DNA of 37,835 nt from a virus (IMGVR_UViG_3300020045_002070:1-37835), one strand, 5' to 3'. Positions 26,726 through 36,817 are shown, counted from the stretch's first letter. Notes: generated from the letters alone by a model not told the origin. Made by a program: numbers and translations.

Positions 26726-27304
26726 CTATATTAAATTAGTAAAGGAGTATACTGCTGTTTTAGGTGTCTTTACCCACTGAGCAGTTGTGCCATCTGTATG
26801 TAAGAATGTATCTTCGTGCCCAGGCATATCAGGTAGAACTGCATTAAAGGCCATCTGGTCAACGTAGTTTTTTGTAGCAGGCTCTTCAGGTAGAATAGGC
26901 TCAACTATGAGAATAGTTTTATTGGTCAATGTCTGTGTAGCCGAAGTTGTGACAAGATCACCAGATAAGCCAACAACTCCCTGGATGTCTACATCAACCA
27001 AAGTTTTATTGGTCAAAGTCTGTGTGTCTGTAGTTCCTACAACCTGGCCAGTGATACCATGCACACCTTCAGTTAAGTCATCAACTTCTTCACCATGCCT
27101 TAGACCAGAGAGAGTGTTATTTGTGGCACTGATTACTTTGTTGGTCAGCGTCTGAACTTCAGTTGTCCCTACTATTGTGCCACTGATGCCGTGCTCACCT
27201 GTTGTTGCGATCTTATGAGCATAAAATTCATCTGTGTTAGAGGGTATCTTTTCAAGCAGAACTGGTTTTACTCTGTCAGATCCTACCCACGTTTGCTTAG
27301 CCAT
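26726..27304 (-). CDS. tail fibre proximal/adaptor protein
   Basis: Three QTLTNK repeats, two HGI(S/T)G.(I/V)VGTT repeats, ATKNYVD motif. Confidence 0.65.
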   Translation of the reverse strand: MAKQTWVGSDRVKPVLLEKIPSNTDEFYAHKIATTGEHGISGTIVGTTEVQTLTNKVISATNNTLSGLRHGEEVDDLTEGVHGITGQVVGTTDTQTLTNKTLVDVDIQGVVGLSGDLVTTSATQTLTNKTILIVEPILPEEPATKNYVDQMAFNAVLPDMPGHEDTFLHTDGTTAQWVKTPKTAVYSFTNLI

Positions 27305-29244
27305 TAGTCCTCCATAGGTCTATAACGTATAGTAAGACCATCTATATAAGCAGGCTTACCAATCATCTTAATATCATCTAAGTGCACCTGATAAGCGAAG
27401 CACCTAAAACCGAGGCGTATGACCAGGGGGACACCTGCTGGGTCTATAATGACATCCATGTCATCTATAACAGCGTCACCTAGATCATCAATTATTACAT
27501 CGTCATGTAGAGCAGACGCTCCTTGCCACCTATATGTCTCTTCAAAAGTGTCATTATCTTTATAGCACACAAAGTCATAACTTACACCTGTTCTAGAGTC
27601 AAGAAGCACACGTGCTTCTAAGACGTCTATCAACCTGAATGAAGACTGAAAATACTTCGTCTTCATGCTAATGTAAAATGGCAGGCCATCATCTTTAGTT
27701 AACAAGTCATTTGGTGCATAGACAAAACCATCTTCTGCGCCTACTACAATATCGTCCCACTGGCCTAAACAAGTTGGGACGAAGTTAAACTGAAATTCTG
27801 ACCAGGGATAGCGAACCCTATTGATTCCTTCTGTTGGTGCTTTAGTGTGGGCAACAAATATCTTGCCACCTAATACCACCCACAACTGGCCACGATCAAT
27901 GTAGTAACCTGTGTAAGCTTCAGAGGTCCATAGCTTTTCTATCTGGTCATCTATTGCTACCGACTCTGAATACGTTCGTACGTCCCCGTATAGATTAACA
28001 CCTGTAAGACTTGATACTCCTCCACGACTTAACATCCACACATCATTAAGTATTTCTGCTGTCATCTTTGGTGCTGACCAGATGGGTTGCCTTAAGTCGG
28101 TTAACACAAAGTCAGTGCCTGTACCAGAGAGCTGAAGTAGATAGGGCGTTTCTTCAGCTCCAAAAATAAAGAGTGTGCCAAAGTAAGACACTACTGAACC
28201 AATAGGGTAGGTGTCTTTATGATTATCAAGTGTAGTTAAATAGCCTGCTTGACCAGCTGTTGACCAATCGAAAGGCGCAAAGTTACTATAGAACAGAGTA
28301 CCTTTGTTAGTGTCATCTCCATAGGCCCATAGTCGTCTATCATGGACCAGAAGATTACTACACTTTGGAGGAAGACCAGGTGAGACACCACAAATAGGTA
28401 CTGAACTATCACCAGTATACCACTTAATATAGTTTGCAACATTGTATGTACTCATAGCAAGACGAACATAATAAGCAGTGTTTGGTGCTAGCTCATGCAC
28501 AACTGTCATGTTTGCTACTTCAAAGTCTCCAGGGTCCGGAGCAACAAATGGAGCCTGCACTTCTAAAGCACCATAAGCCATTTGTACATTATCTGATGTT
28601 CGGTAGATACTTAGTACTATGTTACCTGTACCACCTGTACCAACTCGGCCTACTTTAATCTCAAGCTTAGTTGGTGGCATTGTATATCCTACTGGCCAGG
28701 AGGGTGTTGTAAAATTAACTTGGTTTGTTGCTGCAGCAGTGTAATTAATAGCACCAGATATACTGTCTCCTCTGTTATCAAAGAGCCCTGGGGTTCCACC
28801 ATCCCAAGCTAACTTAAGTACATCTGTGCTATCTATGTACTTAAGGTACCCCCCATCAGCTACCATAGCTTTGCCACCAAAACTTACAATACTCGCAGGT
28901 CCTTCAGCTGTTCCTAAGGCTGTTGCTGTTCCAGTGAAGTCTATCTTACGAATTGAGTTGTCTACAGACTGCGCTAAATAAACAACCTTATCCTCTATAC
29001 TGCAAGAGGCTAAGGTTATTACTTTTCCAATAGATGTGTGGTTTAGCTTTTTCATACCTGCCCGAGTTTGTAGCTGCCCACCTCTATTTACTTGCAGGTT
29101 TATACATTCTACTAACTCAGTGTCTTGTACCATCGAGGCTGGTACAACTGTGCAAAGGCCTTGAGGAAACCCGAGAAACGATACATTCTCGATAGCTGCA
29201 GCAGGCCTCGCTTGTCGTGCTATACTTTCAAATTTAGATCCCAT
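27304..29244 (-). CDS. tail nozzle/DNA stabilisation protein (P22 gp10/T7 tubular B-like)
   Basis: ~646 aa beta-rich; LVECINL..GQLQTRAG, RRLW..LFYS; position; GAGGAAGG RBS before ATG 29244. Confidence 0.65.
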   Translation of the reverse strand: MGSKFESIARQARPAAAIENVSFLGFPQGLCTVVPASMVQDTELVECINLQVNRGGQLQTRAGMKKLNHTSIGKVITLASCSIEDKVVYLAQSVDNSIRKIDFTGTATALGTAEGPASIVSFGGKAMVADGGYLKYIDSTDVLKLAWDGGTPGLFDNRGDSISGAINYTAAATNQVNFTTPSWPVGYTMPPTKLEIKVGRVGTGGTGNIVLSIYRTSDNVQMAYGALEVQAPFVAPDPGDFEVANMTVVHELAPNTAYYVRLAMSTYNVANYIKWYTGDSSVPICGVSPGLPPKCSNLLVHDRRLWAYGDDTNKGTLFYSNFAPFDWSTAGQAGYLTTLDNHKDTYPIGSVVSYFGTLFIFGAEETPYLLQLSGTGTDFVLTDLRQPIWSAPKMTAEILNDVWMLSRGGVSSLTGVNLYGDVRTYSESVAIDDQIEKLWTSEAYTGYYIDRGQLWVVLGGKIFVAHTKAPTEGINRVRYPWSEFQFNFVPTCLGQWDDIVVGAEDGFVYAPNDLLTKDDGLPFYISMKTKYFQSSFRLIDVLEARVLLDSRTGVSYDFVCYKDNDTFEETYRWQGASALHDDVIIDDLGDAVIDDMDVIIDPAGVPLVIRLGFRCFAYQVHLDDIKMIGKPAYIDGLTIRYRPMED

Positions 29245-29863
29245 AGAATAGCCTTCCTCTGTTTGTACGGCGTATTCTTCCGTGGGAGTACGTAACCAAG
29301 GCTGCTTCAGTCCATGCATTTTCAGCTTGCGCTATGGCTACACCTAGATTCCTTTCTAAAATTGTCAAGCACTCTAGCACCAGAGACCGCAGTATCGCAC
29401 GGTTCCACAGGCCCAGCCAAGGAAAATCATAAGTATCCAAAGTGGCTAAAGTTGGTGCAACAAAACTATTAGGGAACATGAAATTAACAGTGTACACTGC
29501 ATTAGGAGTAGGATAAAATTTTACTTGGCCATCCCCTGTTAACGCGAAGAAGCGGGGTATGTTTGCTAATTCAGTTTCAACAGGCTCTACTACTAACTGT
29601 AAAGGAGTTGCTATATCTGCAATCCATACACTGCCATCTGTTATGTTTTTCACATTACCTAGCGCATAAGTATCAACGCCTTCCTCAGTAGTTATCGAGG
29701 AAGGCTCTAATACCAGGTTTGACTCTAACCGACGAAGCTCTTCAAAGACTTGATCGAGTATTTCATTGGTCAAGTCTAGCAAGTCTGAATCAGTGAACTC
29801 ATTCTTGTATTGATCTTTAACACGCAAACGAGTACTCGTGAATGTGTCTAATAGAGTTCCCAT
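29234..29863 (-). CDS. head-tail adaptor/tail tubular protein A-like
   Basis: ~200 aa, FYPTPNAVYTV motif, position after capsid genes. Confidence 0.6.
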   Translation of the reverse strand: MGTLLDTFTSTRLRVKDQYKNEFTDSDLLDLTNEILDQVFEELRRLESNLVLEPSSITTEEGVDTYALGNVKNITDGSVWIADIATPLQLVVEPVETELANIPRFFALTGDGQVKFYPTPNAVYTVNFMFPNSFVAPTLATLDTYDFPWLGLWNRAILRSLVLECLTILERNLGVAIAQAENAWTEAALVTYSHGRIRRTNRGRLFYGI

Positions 29864-29871
29864 GTTACTCC

Positions 29872-30279
29872 TTAGAGGATACTACCAACCTCTACGATTG
29901 AGTAGTTCGGTCGGTGACTTTCTGCGTACAGCTCACCTGATGCAGAGTTTTTCATGATCCTAAAGCCTGGGAATTGCCGCATAGCCTCTTCACGAGGATT
30001 ACTGCTACTGTAGATCCCAGACTCTGCAGGAATGTCAATTCGATTACGCTCAACAGCATCTTTGAGAATGCTAATCTGAACCATTGAAAGTGTTACTTCC
30101 TGGCCAGGAAAGAATGCTGCCCTGCCATTTACGTCACCCATGTCATTTACGACTATTTCAAGGTTCTGATTCTTCTCATCAACATTAAGCCTGTTAACAA
30201 CAACCCTCTTGAAGATCTGTCGTGGGTCTGTGTTAGGTTCCTCTGCTTGTACTGCTGCAGGTGCTTTCTGGTCTGCCAT
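29872..30279 (-). CDS. hypothetical virion-associated protein
   Basis: GGAG RBS; follows the capsid gene. Confidence 0.65.
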   Translation of the reverse strand: MADQKAPAAVQAEEPNTDPRQIFKRVVVNRLNVDEKNQNLEIVVNDMGDVNGRAAFFPGQEVTLSMVQISILKDAVERNRIDIPAESGIYSSSNPREEAMRQFPGFRIMKNSASGELYAESHRPNYSIVEVGSIL

Positions 30280-30293
30280 AATTTAGTTCTCCA

Positions 30294-30314
30294 AGGCCCT
30301 CAAGTAGAGGGCCT
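30294..30314 (-). terminator. hairpin after major capsid gene
   Basis: AGGCCCTC-tactt-GAGGGCCT 8-bp stem with weak T tail (read-through likely). Confidence 0.6.
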
Positions 30315-30326
30315 GTTTAAGAAGGT

Positions 30327-31349
30327 TTACAGTGCGGATACAGCGTGTTCGTAACGTACGAGAAAGTCATCATTGAGAATCTTCAGTGTTGTGTAGGCTT
30401 TCCATCCTGAAGTGTTTCTCTGGTTGAGAGCATCACTGGTACCGGAGTTCTGAGCTTTCTTGATAATGTTTTCGATACCACCTTTCTGCAAAGGCACAAT
30501 ACCAAAAGCATTCCTGGCCAGGATGAGGGTCTGGTAGATATCCAGGTTTGTTCCTGAAGTTGAAACGTTCGTACCTTTGACAGCACCTGCATCAGGTACA
30601 AGACCGGCATTCGTGGTTGTGATCAATCGGATTCCTTTGATCTCACCAATCTCGGTATCCATTACTTCAGTCTGCGAAGCATACTGCTCAACAGGAGTGA
30701 AGCCTGTGAGAGCTTCCCAGTCCTGCCTGCAATCTGTATGTGTGATACCGATGAAAGCCGCACGAAGTGGAGTAGTTGAAACCTTAACACCCGCGTTAAC
30801 TTGCTCACGAATGGGCTTTGCATTTCTCTTTTCAAGGCCTCTGACAATGGACTGTACATCTTTGAGCTGAACGGGTTTTGCTGTCAGCAACCTTGTAGCC
30901 ACGCCATCAGCGTACCGTACAGTTGTACCAGCAAGAAGGATGTTCCTGTGGAGAGTATCAATGGTAAGACCTGCCTGCTCGCCAAGAAGATCTCCAGCTT
31001 CCATGAGAATAGGGTCAAGGCCCAAGTCAAGAAGCTTATCAGTGATCATGATATAATCACCATACTGCGCGATTGTAGCATAGATCTCTGAAGATGAAAG
31101 AACCTTACCAGCCGGAGTTACACCCTCAGTGAGGGGAGTTGTGTTAACGGCCAGGGAGGCATACCTTCTGAAGGTGATGCGATCTCCAGAGTTCTTTGGC
31201 AGTGGTCTTGACTGCCCAAACTTACCATAGAGCAGAACAGGTATCGCACGCTCAAGGAGATTACGATCATAATGACCCTGAATATTTATTGTCTGATCCG
31301 CTGTCCCAGTAGCATTAACCGGGTTTGTTGCAGGATTGATTGAAGCCAT
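30327..31349 (-). CDS. major capsid protein, N4-gp56 family
   Basis: FGQSRPLPKNSGDRITFRRY, LTEGVTP, QYGDY..ITD, EIG, SDALNQR..GWK. Confidence 0.9.
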   Translation of the reverse strand: MASINPATNPVNATGTADQTINIQGHYDRNLLERAIPVLLYGKFGQSRPLPKNSGDRITFRRYASLAVNTTPLTEGVTPAGKVLSSSEIYATIAQYGDYIMITDKLLDLGLDPILMEAGDLLGEQAGLTIDTLHRNILLAGTTVRYADGVATRLLTAKPVQLKDVQSIVRGLEKRNAKPIREQVNAGVKVSTTPLRAAFIGITHTDCRQDWEALTGFTPVEQYASQTEVMDTEIGEIKGIRLITTTNAGLVPDAGAVKGTNVSTSGTNLDIYQTLILARNAFGIVPLQKGGIENIIKKAQNSGTSDALNQRNTSGWKAYTTLKILNDDFLVRYEHAVSAL

Positions 31350-31351
31350 GA

Positions 31352-32161
31352 TTAATATCCTTTCACTTTACTTACAAGTTTATCAAAGTCTTTGGAAGAT
31401 AACTCCCAAGCACTTTTATCTGATTTTGATTGCCGAGGTGGAGCACCTCCGCCAGACCTTGCACGAAAAGTTTGCTTAGGCTTAGAGCTTGTCGTAAGTA
31501 CCTTTGCTTTAACAGTATCATAAAACTCTTCCAGCTTGTTTATGTCCCTGTTAATCTTTTCATACTCAGTTACTGTGAGGTTGTTTGCGTGTTCCCCTAA
31601 AACTGACAGAACCTTTTCGTAGTTTTCAGGGTCTTTCGTTTTAAAGAATTCAATTATCTCCTGGCCAGGTGAGACTGGTGCAACCTGCTTGTACTGCTGA
31701 GCCTTTTGACGTCTTACAAGGTTATCTTCGAGCCAAGCTTCCTCGGTATCAAAGTCCGCAAGTTTAGACGTCTTAGGCTTTACACGTTCAGCAACATGGT
31801 CATTAACGAGCTTACCTATTTCTGGGTCACTCTCGATTAGAGTTACCAGCTTTTTATGAGGTGCAATACGATTCATGTCAGTGTGGTAACTGAAGCCTTT
31901 CTGCGCCAGTTCAGTCATCTTAGCTCTTGTCAGATTATGTTTTTCACCTTTGTACATAATCTCAAACAACTGCTCAGGCTCGGCTTCAGGCTCGGCTTCA
32001 GGCTCGGCTTCAGGCTCGGCTTCAGGCTCGGCTTCAGGCTCGGCTTCAGGCTCGGGCTTGGGCTCAGGCTCGGGCTCAGGCTCAACACCTAATAAGCCTG
32101 ACACACTTTTCTCGTATTCTTCTGTACTCATATCCATTGGATCAACTTCTGTTTCTGGCAT
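31352..32161 (-). CDS. capsid scaffolding protein
   Basis: Acidic EPEA repeats, ELAQKGFSY, C-terminal WELSSKDF; upstream of the capsid gene. Confidence 0.75.
   Translation of the reverse strand: MPETEVDPMDMSTEEYEKSVSGLLGVEPEPEPEPKPEPEAEPEAEPEAEPEAEPEAEPEAEPEQLFEIMYKGEKHNLTRAKMTELAQKGFSYHTDMNRIAPHKKLVTLIESDPEIGKLVNDHVAERVKPKTSKLADFDTEEAWLEDNLVRRQKAQQYKQVAPVSPGQEIIEFFKTKDPENYEKVLSVLGEHANNLTVTEYEKINRDINKLEEFYDTVKAKVLTTSSKPKQTFRARSGGGAPPRQSKSDKSAWELSSKDFDKLVSKVKGY
31974..32083. repeat. 12-bp tandem repeat (TCAGGCTCGGCT x6 plus degenerate 6-mers)
   Basis: Encodes the (EPEA)n linker of the scaffold. Confidence 0.95.
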
Positions 32162-32390
32162 GCTCACTCCTTGCTGCTAAGAGATTGTACTCATTAGTGT
32201 ACTCGTCAAGTTCTTTCTCGAGTTTTGTTATGGCCAAGAGATATGCACGGTTGTCGAGGAGCTCCTCGTGTGCACATGTTTTCATTGCTTCTATTGTCTC
32301 TATTACTTGAACAGTGAAGAACTTATCAAGCAGCTTATGTAGCGTGCTCGCAGCTCTTGCTGTCTCTAATGCTTTATTTAACCTTTCCAC
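32142..32390 (-). CDS. small hypothetical protein after portal
   Basis: GTG start with GGAGG RBS. Confidence 0.6.
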   Translation of the reverse strand: MERLNKALETARAASTLHKLLDKFFTVQVIETIEAMKTCAHEELLDNRAYLLAITKLEKELDEYTNEYNLLAARSEHARNRS

Positions 32391-34476
32391 GGTCTGCCTC
32401 CAGCTTAGCAATACCTAACTGGTAATCTCGTAGAGAGTCAGCTTCTTTTTGTTTTACATCATTTTCAGCTTTCGACCTTGCCGCTTCTATCGTGGCAACG
32501 TCTACCTGATGATCACCTTTAATCTTGCTAGCTTCTAGGTTTACCCGCATCTGCTCAAGCTTAAACTCTGCCTGCTGAACCTGCTGCTGCATCTGAAGCA
32601 TTTGTTGCTGCATCTGCTGCTGCTGTTGCTGCATCTGCTGGTTCTTACCAAGATGTGCTTTAAGAGGTGATATGAATTCTTCTGTTGCAATGTAGCCCAT
32701 AGCATTCACATACTTAGCTGCAAGTTTGTGAATTTGTTCAGGACCAAAAAGACCTGGGGCCATCTTATCAAAGCCCTGAAGTGTACCAGCCATACGCTCT
32801 AAACGCTGTGTTTCTGCCATTCCGATCTGAGCTTCTACACCCATAGCAACTCGGGCTAACACACGACCTTGAAGCATATCAGGTGTTACTTCTGTAGGCT
32901 CACCATTAACCATGGCCAGGAAGGGCTTACGAAGATTTCTTTGGTATAGCATCGCAGCCTTTTGATAATAATCCTTAAGGCCTTCTGCGAAGATACGCGC
33001 TATCAATTCAATACGCTGCATTGCAGCAGACTGAATCATTTGGATACCTTGTGCTGTCTTGTTTAAGGTACCTGAATCCGTTCCTTGTGTATACTTTGTT
33101 GATCCTGTGCGCTGCTCTTTAACGCCATCAATATAATCAAATAGCGCAAGATTCTGTGGGTGAAAAGGCGTCGGTGTCTCATTACGGATACTGTTTGGAT
33201 CAACTTCTACACAGTCTCCTGGGACCCCATCAAGCAGTGCTTTGATGTCTACTTTTGCACCCGGAGTAGTGAACCACCTACCAAGATTCTGCCAATCGAA
33301 GTTATCTAAAACACGCCGAAATAGCACAGTTTTCAAGGTCTGAAGTTCTATTACCAGATCTGCGTAGGACATACCATTAAACTTATAACAATCAATAATA
33401 GGAGAAAGTGTAGCAATTGGAACAAAGCCATCATCATTGTCTTCCCAGCGTATTAACTTACCATTAGCTCTCCAACATATAACATCCCGTAGGTACCCAG
33501 ATCCTTGGATATCTAAGCGAGTATACCACTCTTCTAACTGGACTCTTGACTTAAGGCCTACTGCCTTTTCACCGTCTTCATACTGGTCTCCGTAAGCCTC
33601 AAACTCCATGTAACTTTGCTTCTCAGAGTTTAAAGAATTGATTGTTCCTTCATGCTCACCTGACTTCATACTGGCCATGTGCTCGACTTCATCAAGGCCT
33701 ACAAAGTAAGGTTCGTCATCCCGCTCCGTCATGGCTTTATTAATACGCTTAAGGTAATCCATTGTCACATATGTGACATGCCCTTTAGCGTGTTCATCAT
33801 TTATATTACGTGTGCGCTTGCTTGTGACAAACTCCCATGTAGGAATATTCTCTGTAACTAACTGGTCACGTCGTAACTGGCGAATCGTGATATGCACATC
33901 TTCATAACCGCCAGGTACATAAGAAGCTTTGTTTATATTAATATCTTCATTTGCTTCTAACTGGCCAAATTGCTCCATAGAAACAGAGGGAATATTTTCG
34001 TCTTTCTCCTCGTACTCTACTTCCCAGAACAGTTTAGCATACGAAGAACCTGACACCAGCGAATCTTTAAACCATTGGTAGAAGACATTGAACATCGACC
34101 CTTGAGCATCAGCACTTAGATCTTCATAGATCTTACGCATTAAAGCTTCACCTACCCAGACAGGCTGTCCTTCAATCTCTAACTTGATTTTAGAATCACC
34201 ACTGGCCAAGGTTTTAATAAGGGTTGGCATAATCCATTCGATTGTCTCTAAAAGATCTCGAGACATGTACTGCGACCGGCCTTTAATTTCATTGCCTAGA
34301 GGGCGCCCGTAATAGCGGTCCCACTTTTCAATTCGGCCAGGGGAGAGGATATCACGACAATAACGAATTGCAGCGTCTGCCTCAGTTCCTACGACCGTTT
34401 CCACCTCATCCCAGGTCATAGCCTCTGTTTCTTTTGGCGGAAAACCTTTTAATTTTTCTGCATTATCATTCGCCAT
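32374..34476 (-). CDS. portal protein (P22-like with C-terminal barrel)
   Basis: RYYGRP.GNE.KGRSQY.SRD..ETIEWIMP, KEQRTGSTKYTQG, NKTAQGI, RIELIARIFAEG; Gln-rich coiled coil. Confidence 0.9.
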   Translation of the reverse strand: MANDNAEKLKGFPPKETEAMTWDEVETVVGTEADAAIRYCRDILSPGRIEKWDRYYGRPLGNEIKGRSQYMSRDLLETIEWIMPTLIKTLASGDSKIKLEIEGQPVWVGEALMRKIYEDLSADAQGSMFNVFYQWFKDSLVSGSSYAKLFWEVEYEEKDENIPSVSMEQFGQLEANEDININKASYVPGGYEDVHITIRQLRRDQLVTENIPTWEFVTSKRTRNINDEHAKGHVTYVTMDYLKRINKAMTERDDEPYFVGLDEVEHMASMKSGEHEGTINSLNSEKQSYMEFEAYGDQYEDGEKAVGLKSRVQLEEWYTRLDIQGSGYLRDVICWRANGKLIRWEDNDDGFVPIATLSPIIDCYKFNGMSYADLVIELQTLKTVLFRRVLDNFDWQNLGRWFTTPGAKVDIKALLDGVPGDCVEVDPNSIRNETPTPFHPQNLALFDYIDGVKEQRTGSTKYTQGTDSGTLNKTAQGIQMIQSAAMQRIELIARIFAEGLKDYYQKAAMLYQRNLRKPFLAMVNGEPTEVTPDMLQGRVLARVAMGVEAQIGMAETQRLERMAGTLQGFDKMAPGLFGPEQIHKLAAKYVNAMGYIATEEFISPLKAHLGKNQQMQQQQQQMQQQMLQMQQQVQQAEFKLEQMRVNLEASKIKGDHQVDVATIEAARSKAENDVKQKEADSLRDYQLGIAKLEADRGKVK

Positions 34477-34666
34477 TCATGCATTCCTTTTTTAATTGCA
34501 ATTCTGCTCGTAAAGCTCGTGCGCGGTGTATTCGTATCTGGTATATGAGCGCAACGATTGCTAACACTGGTACTGATTTAGAAATTACTAAACACACACC
34601 AGTCCCAAAGCAGTGAAGAATATCCTCTGTAGTAACTGTGTCGAACAGCCGTGCGAGATAATTCAT
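34466..34666 (-). CDS. putative holin
   Basis: Hydrophobic segment(s) and basic C-terminus; next to the endolysin. Confidence 0.5.
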   Translation of the reverse strand: MNYLARLFDTVTTEDILHCFGTGVCLVISKSVPVLAIVALIYQIRIHRARALRAELQLKKECMNGE

Positions 34667-34674
34667 AGTCTCAC

Positions 34675-35067
34675 TTATCGTATATACAATTTTATCTCTG
34701 TAGACTTTTGAAGTAATTTTTTAAATTGCTCAAAAGCTTGTGTCGACCGCTCTAACGTTATTGCATGTGAATTTCGTGTGACTATTTGACCAAGAAGAAT
34801 GCAACCTTCAGTGTCTGTTATAGTGTTCCCTTTATGAAATAGAATGCCAGATCTATCTTTAACGTCTTCAACTAAGTACGAATCTTTAAACTTTGACGAC
34901 GCATACTTAACAACATTGTACTGGCCAGTGGGGATACAAGATACATTTTTCTGGTTTTCTCGCCAAGGCCTTTCGAGTGTTAGACAAACAAATTGACCGT
35001 CTATCAGTAGAGCACCCACAACACCATGGCGACTGGACTCAAGTCTCGTCAAATCTATTAAAGTCAT
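34675..35067 (-). CDS. DUF5675 family putative endolysin
   Basis: CLTLERPW, SCIPTGQY, RSGILFHKGN..DTEGCILLG. Confidence 0.85.
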   Translation of the reverse strand: MTLIDLTRLESSRHGVVGALLIDGQFVCLTLERPWRENQKNVSCIPTGQYNVVKYASSKFKDSYLVEDVKDRSGILFHKGNTITDTEGCILLGQIVTRNSHAITLERSTQAFEQFKKLLQKSTEIKLYIR

Positions 35068-36563
35068 ACACTCACACGTGCCCGTTTATTAAGGATCTGC
35101 TCTCTCGCATTTTGGTGACCATAACCTTGCTCATTCGACACCAGACCTTTGATTATAGCTTGCATACCATACCTATAAGAAGATGCTCCGTGTTCATGCT
35201 CGTTATGTAATGGGCTATCACTAAAGCAGTCCATCTTAGCATTCCAAGCTTTCACATAATTGCCAAGGTGCATAAGACCTTTCTCACATTTTAAATCAAA
35301 GTAACAACGGTTGAAACCTGACCGGACAATATTGATTCCTGTCATAATGTCTAACCGAGGAAGCTGAATAAAGTATAGACCAAGTTTAGCTGCCATCTCC
35401 TGGCGGGTTCGGCCAGATGAGAGCTCGCGTGCGCCAATATCGTGGGGCGCAAAATGCTGACCATAGGTATACCCAAAGCGCTCTCTCTTGGCCTCAAGCA
35501 TAGCCTTGTAATGTGGAAAACCTTCTTCTGAATTTTCGTAGTAATCTATCCAGTGAATCTCTTGGCCTACTAACTGAAAAAACCAAATCGTCATTTCATC
35601 TGATATACCAAGATCCCAACAGGTATGCACAAGAGCAGCTTCGTCATGTGGTACACTGCAGCCTGCACGTTTGTCAAGACGTGCACGTGCAAGTTGTTTA
35701 GCATAGTACGAACCTATCAACGCCGCCTCGAAGGCTTCCTCAGGAGTAGATGGAAACTCTCGCTTCATCTCATCTTGTTGTGTCTCGTACTTTTTAGTGT
35801 ACCAGTTTTTCTGCTCAATAGACAAGATGATCCCAAAGTTTTGCTCAATCTCGTCGTAGTACTCAAGCAATTCCTGTGGATGATTTACATTGTCAGTCAT
35901 CTGGTACTCAGGGTGTCTATGCCAGGGAAAGAAAAAGAACTTATAATCAAGAGGCGTCAAGGTCTCTTTAGCTCTCTGCTTCGCCATGGCCAGGATAGAA
36001 AACTTATAGAAGTCGCCTGTTCGGCCTTCCGCTGTTGATTCTATAAAGACATAGTTGCCTTGTTCTACTGTATTAAGAGCGCCTGTTCTAATCTCTTTCG
36101 CCTTCTCAGGGAACCGTGCACAGATCTTGCCGTGTTCTGAGATATGCAAATACTGCAAAGTAGTTGAACGCATTGATGTGCCAACTGAAATAGAGGAGTT
36201 GTTATCAAATTTCAACTCTTTTGCAGTGCTTGTATCGGCAGGGCGGGCCATACGTATAGCCTCAGGAAGCTGATCGTACGCATACTTTATCTTATTACGG
36301 AAAAACTTTTCTGCGTCCTCTTTGTTGTGTGCGATAATTCCACAGTTGGTATTGCTGTTGAACATCGCGGTGTCTAAAAAGAAGATACACAAGAAGGTGG
36401 TCATGCCCAACTGCCGAGCTTTCAGCAGAATATTGCAATACCACATGCCCTCAAGCAAGGCTAGCTGTGCCCAATTCGGTTTGAACTGAACGCGCTTACC
36501 ATGTTTGTCGACAATGTAGTAGAGGTTATTCAACCGCCACCACCTACTTTGGAGTCTCTGCAT
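35064..36563 (-). CDS. terL: terminase large subunit
   Basis: LKARQLGMTT, LHISEHG, ESTAEG, WDLGISD, PHD nuclease motifs. Confidence 0.95.
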   Translation of the reverse strand: MQRLQSRWWRLNNLYYIVDKHGKRVQFKPNWAQLALLEGMWYCNILLKARQLGMTTFLCIFFLDTAMFNSNTNCGIIAHNKEDAEKFFRNKIKYAYDQLPEAIRMARPADTSTAKELKFDNNSSISVGTSMRSTTLQYLHISEHGKICARFPEKAKEIRTGALNTVEQGNYVFIESTAEGRTGDFYKFSILAMAKQRAKETLTPLDYKFFFFPWHRHPEYQMTDNVNHPQELLEYYDEIEQNFGIILSIEQKNWYTKKYETQQDEMKREFPSTPEEAFEAALIGSYYAKQLARARLDKRAGCSVPHDEAALVHTCWDLGISDEMTIWFFQLVGQEIHWIDYYENSEEGFPHYKAMLEAKRERFGYTYGQHFAPHDIGARELSSGRTRQEMAAKLGLYFIQLPRLDIMTGINIVRSGFNRCYFDLKCEKGLMHLGNYVKAWNAKMDCFSDSPLHNEHEHGASSYRYGMQAIIKGLVSNEQGYGHQNAREQILNKRARVSV

Positions 36564-36718
36564 TATTTGTGTTTGCTTTGGTATTGACCAAGGAGAGTCT
36601 TGGCCAGGGAGAGGGCTGAGTTGACAACTAACTGAGTAACAGAGTTGCTCTTGATGGGTAACATGCCAACCACCTCAGAGGCAATCGCGAAGCATAAAAC
36701 TAATAGGTCAGGTGACAT
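36563..36718 (-). CDS. 51-aa small membrane (holin-like) protein (not in ORF track)
   Basis: MSPDLLVLCFAIASEVVGMLPIKSNSVTQLVVNSALSLAKTLLGQYQSKHK*; AAGGA RBS; TAATG coupling to terL. Confidence 0.75.
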   Translation of the reverse strand: MSPDLLVLCFAIASEVVGMLPIKSNSVTQLVVNSALSLAKTLLGQYQSKHK

Positions 36719-36749
36719 GGTAAGTCCTTGTTGTTGGTTAGGTTATGAG

Positions 36750-36817
36750 GCTCGACCAGGAGGGAGTCAGGTTCCTGGTCGAGCGGATACGCACAGGGAA
36801 GGAGGACCGGCGTGCGC
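36750..36817 (-). ncRNA. candidate structured RNA (two hairpins with C-rich loops)
   Basis: GCTCGACCAGGA/TCCTGGTCGAGC 12-bp stem (36750-36784) and CGCAC/GTGCG stem; minus-strand loops contain CTCCC and CCTCCTTCCC. Confidence 0.35.

Noticed and set aside
24911-27304. Diversity-generating retroelement or tail-fibre shufflon
   Set aside because: No reverse transcriptase, TR/VR pair, invertase or alternative fibre cassettes found.
31974-32083. 12-bp tandem repeat as a regulatory or CRISPR-like array
   Set aside because: In-frame EPEA linker typical of scaffold proteins; no spacers.
32572-32641. CAG/CTG-rich repeat
   Set aside because: Encodes the usual Gln/Met-rich coiled coil of P22-like portals.
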